Positions 1 through 10,748 of a stretch of DNA of 64,000 nt are shown piece by piece; position 1 is the stretch's first letter; each line of letters opens with the position of its first letter. The notes under the pieces were generated by a model, which saw only the letters and a program-made list of their open reading frames with translations, had not been told where the DNA came from and did not search any database. The position numbers were made by a program, and so were the translations under genes. Source of the stretch: an uncultured Candidatus Binatia bacterium (GTDB lineage: Bacteria; Desulfobacterota; Binatia; Bin18); contig OZ241744.1 of assembly GCA_965200965.1 (NCBI GenBank), positions 3,520,562 to 3,584,561 on the forward strand. Direction: 5' to 3'.

Positions 1-842
1 AGCGCAAGGCCCGCGCGTTTGAGGTCGGCAAGCGGCATTATGACATCGGCAACGACCTGTACGAAAAAATGCTGGATAGGCGTATGGTCTATAGCTGTGG
101 CTATTGGAAGCAGGCCGAGACGCTTGATGAAGCCCAAGAGGCCAAGCTGGAACTCATCTGTCAAAAGATCCAACTCCGGCCTGGTATGCGGGTGCTCGAT
201 ATCGGCTGTGGCTGGGGCAGTTTTGCCAAGTATGCGGCTGAGCACTACCAGGCCGCGGTTGTGGGCGTCACGGTTTCCAAAGAACAGCGGGCGTTGGCCG
301 CTGAGCTGTGCCGCGGGCTGCCGGTTGAAATCATGTTGCAAGACTATCGTGTGCTGCGGCCTGAGCTCAACGGACGGTTCGACGCGGTTGTCTCGGTCGG
401 CATGTTTGAGCATGTTGGCTATAAAAACTACCCGGCTTTTTTTCGGGTCGTTGACGCCTGCCTCCAGCCCGCTGGTCTCTTCTTGTTGCATACGATGGGG
501 GTGAACCAGACCGTCTACAGCGGTGACCCGTGGGTCAACACCTATATTTTCCCAGGCGGCAGCCTGCCCTCCATGCAGCAACTCGGAGAAGCCACAGACG
601 GGCTGCTGATGCTGGAAGACTGGCACAGTTTCAGCAGCGATTATGTCAGAACGCTGCGCGCCTGGTGCGATAATTTTCGGGCCAACTGGTCTGGTTTGCA
701 GGCGCGCTATGACGATCGGTTTCGGCGCATGTGGGAGTACTACCTGCTGTCCTTTGCCGCCGGGTTTGCAGCCCGCCGTATTCAGCTGTGGCAGATTGTG
801 TTTTCCAAGGACAGGCCGCCGGGCTATCAGAGCGTCCGCTGA
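1..842 (+). CDS. cfa: cyclopropane-fatty-acyl-phospholipid synthase (5' end outside window)
   Basis: Frame open from base 3. Has the HYDIGNDLYEKMLD motif, the SAM-binding VLDIGCGWG motif and a C-terminal WEYYLLSFAAGF typical of the CFA synthase family. TGA at 840-842. Confidence 0.85.
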   Translation, partial: RKARAFEVGKRHYDIGNDLYEKMLDRRMVYSCGYWKQAETLDEAQEAKLELICQKIQLRPGMRVLDIGCGWGSFAKYAAEHYQAAVVGVTVSKEQRALAAELCRGLPVEIMLQDYRVLRPELNGRFDAVVSVGMFEHVGYKNYPAFFRVVDACLQPAGLFLLHTMGVNQTVYSGDPWVNTYIFPGGSLPSMQQLGEATDGLLMLEDWHSFSSDYVRTLRAWCDNFRANWSGLQARYDDRFRRMWEYYLLSFAAGFAARRIQLWQIVFSKDRPPGYQSVR

Positions 843-853
843 GCCGCCGGCTT

Positions 854-1108
854 TCAGCCGTCCGCTTGGCCCGAATCCAGCACTCCACGAACCGCCTCGG
901 CCAGCTCGCCGAATCGTGCTCCACGTCCCACGGCCAGACCCAGCACATAGCACAGCAGTGGCGCGTTGGTTCGATTGCCGCTGCTGCGCGCGGCCACTCC
1001 GGCCAGCTCGAGCAGTTCGCGCATGTGGTCCGGCGTCACGACCAGGGAGCCGGCCGGTTGTCCGCTGGTAGCGGCGAGTCGCTCTCCTATCTGATCTAAC
1101 CACGACAT
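854..1108 (-). CDS. small DUF6457-like protein
   Basis: ATG at 1108-1106 preceded by GAGGAGG. MSWLDQIGERL...ELLELAGVAARSSGNRTNAPLLCYVLGLAVGRG resembles small DUF6457 proteins. The longer ORF to 1147 is probably an upstream extension. Confidence 0.5.
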   Translation of the reverse strand: MSWLDQIGERLAATSGQPAGSLVVTPDHMRELLELAGVAARSSGNRTNAPLLCYVLGLAVGRGARFGELAEAVRGVLDSGQADG

Positions 1109-1190
1109 GTATACAACCTCCTCAAGCATACCCCCCAAGCATAGCACGCCGTGGACGGGCGGGCGAGTGAGAACGGGCTTGGCGGCTTGG

Positions 1191-2578
1191 TCACGACAGG
1201 CTGTAGCGTTTCATCCGGTCACGCAGGACATTGCGGCTGATGCCGAGCAGGCGGGCGGCCTGGACCTGATTGTGACGGGCGTGATTGAGCGCTTTGCTGA
1301 CGAGCAGCTGCTCGGCAACGGCAAAAACCTTGCCGGCGTGCTGCTCAAAGAGGGACTCGAGGTTGGTGCCTGAGGGGATCGCCGGAGCCGCTTCCTGAGC
1401 TGTCGGGTACAGCCGCCTTTCGTGCAGCGCCAAGTCCTCGGCCCGGATAACCGGACCCCGGGCCCGCAGCACGGCCTGGGCAATGACGTTCTCCAACTCC
1501 CGCACATTCCCCGGCTAGGCATGGTCGAGGAGTGCCTGGCGGGCGGTTTCAGCAAAGCGGCGCGGCCCCCGCGCGTCACCTTGGCCTTGGAGAAAGCGCT
1601 TGGCCAATAACACAATGTCGTCTCCCCGCTCGCGCAACGGGGGGAGGGTGATCCGCACCACGTTGAGCCGGTAGTACTGGTCTTCACGAAATCGCCCCGC
1701 TTGTACCAAGTCCTCCAGGGCTTGGTTGGTGGCCGCAATGATGCGCACATCAACCAGCCTGGGCTCGCTGGCACCTAGGCGATACATCTCGCGTTCCTGG
1801 AGGACACGCAGGAGCTTTGACTGCAAAACGAGCGGCATATCGCCGATTTCATCCAGGAAAAGCGTCCCCCGGTGGGCCAGCTCAAACTTGCCCGGTCGTG
1901 CCTCGATTGCTCCAGAGAAGGCACCGCGTTCATGGCCGAAGAGTTCGCTCTCCAGTAAGGATTCTGGAATGGCGGCACAGTTCAGCGCCACAAAAGGGTC
2001 ACGGGCACGCCGGGAGTAGGTTCTGAGCGCACGGGCGACAAGTTCTTTACCGGTGCCGCTCTCTCCGGTGATGAGGACGGTCACATTGCGGGCCGCGGTT
2101 TTCCCGATTCTCTTATACACGTCCTGCATCGCCCGGCTCTGGCCAAACAGGGACACGCCCCCGGGCGTTATTGCGTCGGGGCTGGCTGCCTCGTCGGGTG
2201 TCTCTTCTGCGCCGGCTCTGCCGGGATGCTGGAGGGTATCGGCAATCAGGCGCTTGAGCGTCTCTACATCCAGCGGCTTTTCAAGATAGTCCTCGGCGTC
2301 ACAGGTCGTCGCCTGAATCGCGGTCTCGGCCGACACAAAGGCGGTCATGATAATCACAGGCAGTTCGGGGCGCTGCTGCTTGAGTTCCTGGAGGGTCGCC
2401 AGCCCGTCTTGGCCGGCATGCGGACATCCATCAGGACGAGCCGCAGAGCGGGGTCGCCGAACTGGTGCAGCGCCTCTTGGCCCGAGTAGGCCGACAGCAC
2501 CTCGTATTCACCGCCCAAGACGCGCTGAAACGAGTAATGGACATTGCGCTCGTCGTCAACTACAAGAATTTTATCCAT
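1191..2578 (-). pseudogene. sigma-54-dependent response regulator (NtrC family), disrupted by a 1-nt frameshift and an in-frame TAG
   Basis: Three colinear ORF pieces: receiver (MDKILVVDDE...MDVRMP, 2354-2578), AAA+ domain (GESGTGKE, GAFSGA sigma-54 loop, 1515-2357) and Fis-type HTH (1191-1505). TAG at 1515-1517 sits where the WPGNVRELEN motif has Trp. The frame shifts near 2398-2406. Confidence 0.8.
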
Positions 2579-2602
2579 ACGCGGCGTCCATCATGCTCGC
2601 CG

Positions 2603-3793
2603 TCATAAAGGCAGACGGACCATCACCGAGGTGCCTGCTCCGGGCTGAGAGGACAGGCACAGGCGGCCGTTATGGCCCTCGATAATCCGCTGGGAGATCG
2701 ATAGGCTCAGGCCAGTCCCGCCCCGTCTGGTACTGAAGAACGGCTCAAACAGTTTGGCCCGGACCTCGGGCGCAATGCCCTCGCCCTCGTCCCTGATCGC
2801 GGTCAGCAGACTGCCACCACTGACCGCGAGGCGCACGGTGAGCGCGCCGCCGTGGCGCATGGCCTGCATGGCGTTGATCAACAGGTTCAGAAAGACCTGC
2901 TTGATCTGGGACCCGTCGGCCCAGACCGGAGGCAGGTCTTTGGACCAGTCTCTGACCAGCCGAATCCCCCGCGTGCGGGCTTCCGGTCCGATGAGCAGCA
3001 GGGTTTCTTCCATGACTTCTTCGATTCGTTCGCGCTGAAAGTGGGGTGGACGCGGGCGGGCAAATTCGAGAAATTGCTCAACCAGGAGCGACATGCGGGC
3101 CAGCTCGCTCTGGACGATGGCAACATCGGCGGCGAGCGCATGATCGGCTGCCATATCTTGGCCCATAGCATACATGAGCATACTGACCGTGTTGAGCGGA
3201 TTGCGCAGCTCATGGGCAAAACCGGACGATAGGGTTCCGAGTGCGGCCAATTTCTCGGACTGGCGCAGCCGTTCCCGGGTTGCCATTTCGTCGCGGTGCA
3301 GCGTTGCGTTTTCAATGGCGATAGCCGATTGGCTGGCCAGCAGGGTCAGCAGCCGCAGGTCATTATCATCAAAACAGCGCGGTTCGCCCGTATACACATT
3401 GAGCACACCAATGATCGCGGTCTTCGTTCGTAGTGGGATCGCGAGCAGCGTACACAGGCCCTCCTGGCACGCTACCTCAGAGACGCGATAGCGGGTTTCT
3501 TTGCGCACATCCGGGATGTGCAGTGGCCGGCCAGTGGTGATGACTTGACTGATGAGACTCGAAGTGAGCGCTCGGTCGGGTAGGGCCAGATAGGCGTCGC
3601 TGGCACCAGAGGTCGCGGCCGGGCGGAGCGTGCCGCGTTCGGTATCGATCAGCAACAGGGAGGCTACCCGCGCCTCCATCAGCCGGCAGGCGTGGGCCGT
3701 CACCCGGCTGAGGACCTCGTCGAGCTGTAAGGTCGAAGAAATCTCTGTTCCGACCGAAAACAGCGCCTCAAAACGTTCCTGGAGCGCGTTCAT
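2603..3793 (-). CDS. cytoplasmic GAF-domain sensor histidine kinase
   Basis: N-terminal GAF-like region, HisKA H-box SSGFAHELRNPLN, and HATPase N/G boxes (NLLINAMQAM, DEGEGI, GGTGLSLS). No obvious TM segment. Confidence 0.85.
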   Translation of the reverse strand: MNALQERFEALFSVGTEISSTLQLDEVLSRVTAHACRLMEARVASLLLIDTERGTLRPAATSGASDAYLALPDRALTSSLISQVITTGRPLHIPDVRKETRYRVSEVACQEGLCTLLAIPLRTKTAIIGVLNVYTGEPRCFDDNDLRLLTLLASQSAIAIENATLHRDEMATRERLRQSEKLAALGTLSSGFAHELRNPLNTVSMLMYAMGQDMAADHALAADVAIVQSELARMSLLVEQFLEFARPRPPHFQRERIEEVMEETLLLIGPEARTRGIRLVRDWSKDLPPVWADGSQIKQVFLNLLINAMQAMRHGGALTVRLAVSGGSLLTAIRDEGEGIAPEVRAKLFEPFFSTRRGGTGLSLSISQRIIEGHNGRLCLSSQPGAGTSVMVRLPL

Positions 3794-3903
3794 GGTTTGC
3801 TACGCCTTGGGTCTGGCGTGTCCAGGAAGAGCAAGAGGTCCCGCGGGTGGTGCGACACGGGTCCCGGGTGTCTCAGGCCGGCGCAAACCGGGGGCTCCCG
3901 CGC

Positions 3904-5337
3904 TCAGGCATTCGGAGGCGCGGCTGAGGAAAGACCTCCCCTGCCGCCGGCAATGACGCCGCCGCCAACCGACACGGTCTGAAAGTCGGCATAGGCGACA
4001 TTGCCGTGTTCGCCAACGTCAAGCCCTTCAAACTCTTCCTCGTCGCTCACCCGCAGGCCCATTGCGGCTTTGATGATGCTGAAGGCCACAAAGGCAAAGG
4101 CAAACGAGAACACGCCGATGCTGACAATCCCGATGAGTTGACTGATGAGTTGGGTACCACCGGCTAGGCCGCCGAAGAGGCCGACCGCTAAGGTGCCCCA
4201 CATGCCGGCCACTAGGTGGACCGATATGGCCCCGACTGGATCATCAATCTGCATCTTGTCAAAAAAGAGGACCGAGAAGACCACAATCGCCCCGGCGATC
4301 AGGCCAATGACGGTGGCCGACAGGGCCGCCATCTGGTCAGCCCCGGCGGTAATGCCGACGAGGCCGGCCAGAATCCCATTGAGTGCCATTGACAGGTCGG
4401 GTTTTTTCAGCACCAGCCACGAAGTCAGCATAGCCCCGAGCGCGCCGGCCGCGGCGGCCAGACAGGTGGTCAGGAGGGTCAGCGAGACCAAGTTAGGGTC
4501 GGCGCTCAGGACCGAGCCGCCGTTAAACCCAAACCAGCCCAGCCACAGCAGGAACACGCCAATGGTGGCCAGCGGCATATTGCTGGGCAGGATCGGCCGC
4601 ACCCGACCGTCCGCGGCGTATTTGCCCATGCGAGGGCCGAGCAAAATGGCCCCGGCCAGTGCGCCCCAGCCGCCGACCGAGTGGACGATGGTTGAGCCGG
4701 CGAAGTCGTAAAACGGGGTGTCCATCATATCCAGCCAGCCGCCGCCCCATTTCCAGCTGCCGGTAATCGGGTAGGATATGGCCACATAGACCGTGGCAAA
4801 GACCATGAAGGACGACAGCTTGATGCGTTCGGCCACCGCGCCCGAGACAATCGTGGCCGCGGTGGCGGCAAACATGGCCTGGAACAGAAAGTCGGTCCAG
4901 TAGGTGTAGCCGGCGTTATACACATCGGTCTGACCGGCGACCACATCGCTGACCGCAACGCCAAAGCCGGCAAAGGCCAGCAGGCCTGAGGAGCCGTCGG
5001 CAAAGCCCGGATACATGAGGTTGAAGCCGCACAAGGCGTAGGTCAGCAGGCCGATGCTGATGATGAAGGTATTCTTGAACAGGATGTTGACCGTGTTCTT
5101 GGCCTGGGTGAGGCCCGATTCCAGGCTGGCAAACCCCAGGTGCATGATGAACACCAGGGCCGCGGCAATCATCATCCACAGGTTGTGGACCGTAAACACG
5201 GCGTAGGCGGGTGAGGCGGCAAAGGCGTCGTAATCGGCGTATGTTGCCGCCTCCTGGGCGTGGGCGAGCAGGGCGGACGCTTCAAACATACCGACCCCAA
5301 GAACGGTGAGGAGCGCAATTCTCAACCAGCCTTTCAT
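3904..5337 (-). CDS. amtB: ammonium transporter
   Basis: 477-aa polytopic protein with a signal peptide and Amt family motifs (AVAERIK, FDFAGSTIVH, GFNGGS, ISVHLVAGMWGTL). Lies directly downstream of glnK. Confidence 0.9.
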   Translation of the reverse strand: MKGWLRIALLTVLGVGMFEASALLAHAQEAATYADYDAFAASPAYAVFTVHNLWMMIAAALVFIMHLGFASLESGLTQAKNTVNILFKNTFIISIGLLTYALCGFNLMYPGFADGSSGLLAFAGFGVAVSDVVAGQTDVYNAGYTYWTDFLFQAMFAATAATIVSGAVAERIKLSSFMVFATVYVAISYPITGSWKWGGGWLDMMDTPFYDFAGSTIVHSVGGWGALAGAILLGPRMGKYAADGRVRPILPSNMPLATIGVFLLWLGWFGFNGGSVLSADPNLVSLTLLTTCLAAAAGALGAMLTSWLVLKKPDLSMALNGILAGLVGITAGADQMAALSATVIGLIAGAIVVFSVLFFDKMQIDDPVGAISVHLVAGMWGTLAVGLFGGLAGGTQLISQLIGIVSIGVFSFAFAFVAFSIIKAAMGLRVSDEEEFEGLDVGEHGNVAYADFQTVSVGGGVIAGGRGGLSSAAPPNA

Positions 5338-5462
5338 TGTCTGAACCTCCTGCTTATAATCGCCCGGTGTGTATCCTGTCCGGGCAGTCTGTTCGGGCTG
5401 TGTGTGACGGATAACGGGAGGGGCGTATGGCAGTACGCTCCTCCCGTCTGGGGCAACTCGCC

Positions 5463-7242
<1,780 letters not shown>

Positions 7243-7315
7243 GCTTCTACCTCCTTGGGTATAGTGTGACTTCAGACACGCCTGCCCTGTGCCCACAGTC
7301 TTCTCCTCACTAGCC

Positions 7316-7331
7316 AGCAAAGACTGTACCA
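7316..7331 (-). promoter_or_regulatory. sigma-54 (-24/-12) promoter upstream of porin-glnK-amtB-kinase-regulator
   Basis: The minus strand reads TGGTACagtctTTGCT, with GG and GC spaced exactly as in the consensus TGGCAC-N5-TTGCW. It lies about 75 nt upstream of the porin ATG. Confidence 0.55.
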
Positions 7332-7449
7332 GCCGCCAGCGGGCACAAAGTGCTGAATATCCGGCCCTCAGGCGTGGCCGGCCTGCTCAGCAGACAGGCA
7401 TATGCCTAAATTTTAGACACACGGCCGCTGCCAGGGCAGCAGAGCTCGC

Positions 7450-7478
7450 TTGACAAGGGCAGAGCGATTTCCTATGCA
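7450..7478 (+). promoter_or_regulatory. putative sigma-70 promoter for the 7514 gene
   Basis: TTGACA (7450-7455), a 17-nt spacer, then TATGCA (7473-7478), about 35 nt upstream of the ATG at 7514. A perfect 12-bp palindrome AGGCATATGCCT lies about 45 nt upstream of the -35 box. Confidence 0.3.
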
Positions 7479-7513
7479 CAAGCCCACACGAACCACACGA
7501 AAGGAGCCACACT

Positions 7514-8110
7514 ATGGCCACAACAGATTTTGAGGCGCGCCAGTTGCTCAAGGCCTACCGGAAAGGGCTGATCTCGGACGATCTGTTTGAAGAACAGATG
7601 CAAGAACTTCAGACCGGAGTCGGCAGCCGGGGCTATGCCTACAACGGGAAGTCCTATGAGACCGAGAAAGAGTTGGTTCTGGCTGTCTTGGATGAGTTTC
7701 GGTGCGCCGAGGACTTTGCCGCTGAATATCTGAACTGCTGGGTTGAGGTCAGCGATCAGGAGTGTGTCAAAGGCGGTCTGCGGGTGGTCCAGCAGCGCGA
7801 AGCCTACCACGCTCAGATTCTCGAAGAGCGGCTGCGCGAGTTGGGCGGCTCGCCGCAGTGTAGCGTGCCGGCCGAGCGCCGCGAAAAAGAGTTGCCCTAC
7901 TTTGCCTCGGCCGACACCGGCGATGTCGAGAAATTGCAGTCCATCGCCTCCCAGCTCAAAGACCCGGTTGAGGTCCTCAAACCCCTGACCGACGCCATTG
8001 CCCAGATTCAGGACGATCAGCACAGCAAAGAGTTGCTCGGCTCGCTGATTGATGACGAGATGTCGAGCGTCAAGTGGCTGATGGGCGCGTGTGAGACGCT
8101 GAGCAAATAG
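7514..8110 (+). CDS. hypothetical protein (helical, acidic)
   Basis: 198-aa ORF preceded by AAAGGAG, with coding-like composition. I do not recognise a family with confidence. Confidence 0.6.
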   Translation: MATTDFEARQLLKAYRKGLISDDLFEEQMQELQTGVGSRGYAYNGKSYETEKELVLAVLDEFRCAEDFAAEYLNCWVEVSDQECVKGGLRVVQQREAYHAQILEERLRELGGSPQCSVPAERREKELPYFASADTGDVEKLQSIASQLKDPVEVLKPLTDAIAQIQDDQHSKELLGSLIDDEMSSVKWLMGACETLSK

Positions 8111-8199
8111 CCGTCCTCAGCTGCGGAGGGGCAATGCGCCTCTCTGCTATTCTCTATGTCCACCCGCCCGGCCTCCGACCCGCTCCACGATCTTCTGCC

Positions 8200-8623
8200 C
8201 TGGCGTGAAAGCCTGTCTGGCTGGTGGGAGGCCATTGTCGCCGGGGCTGCGGCCGCCCCACTCTCCGGCCTCACCCCGGCAGCGTACAATCCGGCTCGCT
8301 ATCCTGCGTCGCTATCGGACCGATAGGGAATGAGTTGGCCGGCGGCCGGTTTAATATCAAAACCGGCCGTGGCGGCATTGTCGATATTGAGTTCCTTGTA
8401 CAAATATTACAACTCTGGTACGATCAGCCTCCGCACTGACTGTGACCAGTCGGGTTGAGGTGCTGGAGAGCGAGGCGCGCAGTTGCCCCTGTTGGCCAGA
8501 CGGATGGGCTATGGTGGCCAAGACGCGGCATCCCGACTGCTGGCCGACTATCATGTCCAGCGGGAGGCCATTCGAGACTGTTACACGCGCTGGTTTGAAA
8601 GGCAGAAAGGACCCGAAGCATGA
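8200..8623 (+). pseudogene. glnE: 3'-terminal remnant of glutamine synthetase adenylyltransferase gene, frameshifted
   Basis: FNIKTGRGGIVDIEFLVQILQL matches the GlnE C-terminal nucleotidyltransferase motif (E. coli [22 protein letters not shown]). The downstream tail LARRMGYGGQDAASRLLADYHVQREAIRDCYTRWFERQKGPEA* is in another frame. Only about 130 codons remain of a roughly 950-codon gene. Confidence 0.5.
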
Positions 8624-10083
8624 GTGACGAGCAGACACCCCCCACCCCGGGAGAAGAGGCAACAGAGGATTTTGCGGCTCTGCTGGCCCAGGAAGAGACG
8701 CAACCTACGCTGCAAACGGGTCACATCGTCAAAGGCAGCGTGGTTCAGATCGGGGAGGACAGCGTCTTTGTTGATGTTGGCGATAAGGGCGAGGGGATTA
8801 TCGCCCGCGCCGAACTGGAGAACGAAGACGGCAGCCTCCAGGTCGAGATCGGAGATGAGCTTGAGGCCACGGTGCTCTCAACCGAGGGTGAAATCCGTCT
8901 GTCCCGTAAACTGCTGAGAGGTATGCAGGCCCGCCAGCAGTTGGAGGCCGCCTTTTCGCACGGTCTGCCGGTTGAGGGGACGGTGAGCGCGGTCATCAAG
9001 GGCGGCTATGAGGTGATGGTCGCCGGTCTGCGAGCCTTCTGTCCGTTTTCTCAGATGGATATCCGTCGGGTCGAGTCCTCGGACGTTTTTCTGAATCGCA
9101 CCCTGGAGTTCCGCGTCACGCGTTACTCCGACAATGGGCGCAATATCGTGGTCTCGCGGCGCCGGTTGCTCGAGGAAGCGGCGGTCAAAGAAGCCGAAGA
9201 ACTCCGCAAGAAAATTGTGCCCGGTGCGGTCTTGCCAGGCACGGTGACATCGCTGACCGACTTTGGGGCCTTTGTCGAGCTGGGGGGCGGAATTCAAGGC
9301 TTAGTGCATGTCTCCGAGCTGTCCCATTCACGGACAGGCAAGCCGGCTGATCTGCTGACGAGCGGTCAGGCGGTGAACGTCAAAGTCCTCAAGGTCAGCG
9401 AGCAGACGGGAAAGATTTCCCTGAGTATGAAAGCGCTTGAGGCAGATCCGTGGGAGCATGTTGCCGCGCAGCTCAAGGCACGTCAGATCGTCGCCGGCCA
9501 AGTCGTGCGCATGGCCGACTTTGGGGCTTTTGTCGAGGTCTTGCCCGGTGTCACCGGCCTGCTGCACATCGGCGAAATCCCGCGCAGCCAGCAGGGGTCG
9601 CTGAAAGACGCGGCCGCTGAGCAGGCGCAGATCACGGTCATGATTCTGAGCATTGACGCCCAAAAGCGCAGGATTGCCCTGGCCTTGGCCCCTGAAGGGG
9701 TGAGCCCCGGTAAACAGCTTGAAGAAAACGTCATCCAAGTCGGCAGTGTGCTGAGCGGCCGGGTTGACCGGGTTGAGCCGTTCGGGGTCTTTGTCCGCCT
9801 CGGGCCCGGACAAACCGGCCTGATTCCCAATCCCGAGATGGGTACGTCGCGCGGTACCGACCATAACAAAGACTTTGGGCCGGACACCGAGATGAAAGTC
9901 CTTGTCTTGGCGGTTGAAGACAACGGGAGGCGGATCAGGCTGTCGCGGTCCAAAGCCCAGGCCCAGGAAGAGCGGACCGAAGCTCAGGCGTATATGAGCG
10001 ATTCTGGGCCGGCCGGACATGGCTTCAGTACCACACTGGGGGATTTGCTGCGGCAGAAGATGAAGAAGCAGGGGAGCTCCTAG
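8620..10083 (+). CDS. S1 RNA-binding domain protein (ribosomal protein S1-like, about 5 S1 domains)
   Basis: Repeated S1 OB-fold signatures (G.V..i.dfGaFV.l.g..GLvHiSEl). Confidence 0.8.
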   Translation: MSDEQTPPTPGEEATEDFAALLAQEETQPTLQTGHIVKGSVVQIGEDSVFVDVGDKGEGIIARAELENEDGSLQVEIGDELEATVLSTEGEIRLSRKLLRGMQARQQLEAAFSHGLPVEGTVSAVIKGGYEVMVAGLRAFCPFSQMDIRRVESSDVFLNRTLEFRVTRYSDNGRNIVVSRRRLLEEAAVKEAEELRKKIVPGAVLPGTVTSLTDFGAFVELGGGIQGLVHVSELSHSRTGKPADLLTSGQAVNVKVLKVSEQTGKISLSMKALEADPWEHVAAQLKARQIVAGQVVRMADFGAFVEVLPGVTGLLHIGEIPRSQQGSLKDAAAEQAQITVMILSIDAQKRRIALALAPEGVSPGKQLEENVIQVGSVLSGRVDRVEPFGVFVRLGPGQTGLIPNPEMGTSRGTDHNKDFGPDTEMKVLVLAVEDNGRRIRLSRSKAQAQEERTEAQAYMSDSGPAGHGFSTTLGDLLRQKMKKQGSS

Positions 10084-10742
10084 GCTAGGCTCTCGCGCAG
10101 GCGCTTCACCCCCTGGGCCGGGCCGCCGGGCGCACCAAACACGGCTGAGCCGGCTACTAACATCTGGGCCCCGGCGGCGACCACCTGGGGGGCGGTGCTC
10201 GGATCAATCCCGCCGTCGATCTCAAGCAGAGCGCTTGAGTCCCGGGCGTCAAGCAGGTGGCGCAGCCGGCGGACCTTATTGAGGCTGGCCGGAAGAAAAC
10301 GCTGGCCGCCAAAACCGGGGTTGACGCTCATCAGTAAAATCAGATCGACCGCATCCAGCATCTCTTCCAGGCTGGAGAGCGGAGTGCTGGGGTTCAGTGC
10401 TACCCCGGCCTGTTTGCCTAGCTGCTTGATGTGTTGAACGGTGCGGTGCAGGTGGGGGCAGGCTTCCTGGTGGACCGAGATGATGTCAGCTCCGGCCCGG
10501 GCAAAGTCGTCCACATAGCGCTCAGGCTCGATGATCATCAGGTGGACATCAAGCGCGAGCGAGGTGGTGCGCCGGGCCGCCTCAACGATACACGGACCGA
10601 GGGTGATGTTGGGCACGAAGCGGCCATCCATCACATCAATATGAATGCCGTCGGCCCCGGCCCGCTCCACCTCGGCGATCTGCTGGCCGAGGCAGCAAAA
10701 ATCCGCGGCCAGGATAGAGGGCAGGAGCCTTATCGTGCGCAT
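10080..10742 (-). CDS. rpe: ribulose-phosphate 3-epimerase
   Basis: Has PSILAADF, HIDVMDGRFVPN and VNPGFGGQ motifs at the expected full length of 220 aa. Confidence 0.9.
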   Translation of the reverse strand: MRTIRLLPSILAADFCCLGQQIAEVERAGADGIHIDVMDGRFVPNITLGPCIVEAARRTTSLALDVHLMIIEPERYVDDFARAGADIISVHQEACPHLHRTVQHIKQLGKQAGVALNPSTPLSSLEEMLDAVDLILLMSVNPGFGGQRFLPASLNKVRRLRHLLDARDSSALLEIDGGIDPSTAPQVVAAGAQMLVAGSAVFGAPGGPAQGVKRLRESLA

Positions 10743-10748
10743 CCCGGG

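Noticed and set aside
621-636. TGGCACagtttCAGCA, a sigma-54-like -24/-12 match on the plus strand.
   Set aside because: It lies inside the cfa coding region, the -12 element is weak (CAGCA), and there is no downstream gene start.
1515-1517. Stop-codon reassignment (TAG read as Trp, TAA read as Tyr at 47955) as the explanation for in-frame stops at conserved residues.
   Set aside because: TAG, TAA and TGA all terminate well-defined genes at expected lengths in this window. Examples are TAG for the S1-domain gene and the giant gene, TAA for the SIR2 gene, and TGA for cfa. The same genes and their neighbours also carry frameshifts, so mutation or error is more parsimonious.
10080-10083. A 4-nt overlap of the convergent S1-domain gene and rpe stop codons.
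   Set aside because: This is a trivial consequence of compact gene packing, and no hairpin or regulatory element is evident.
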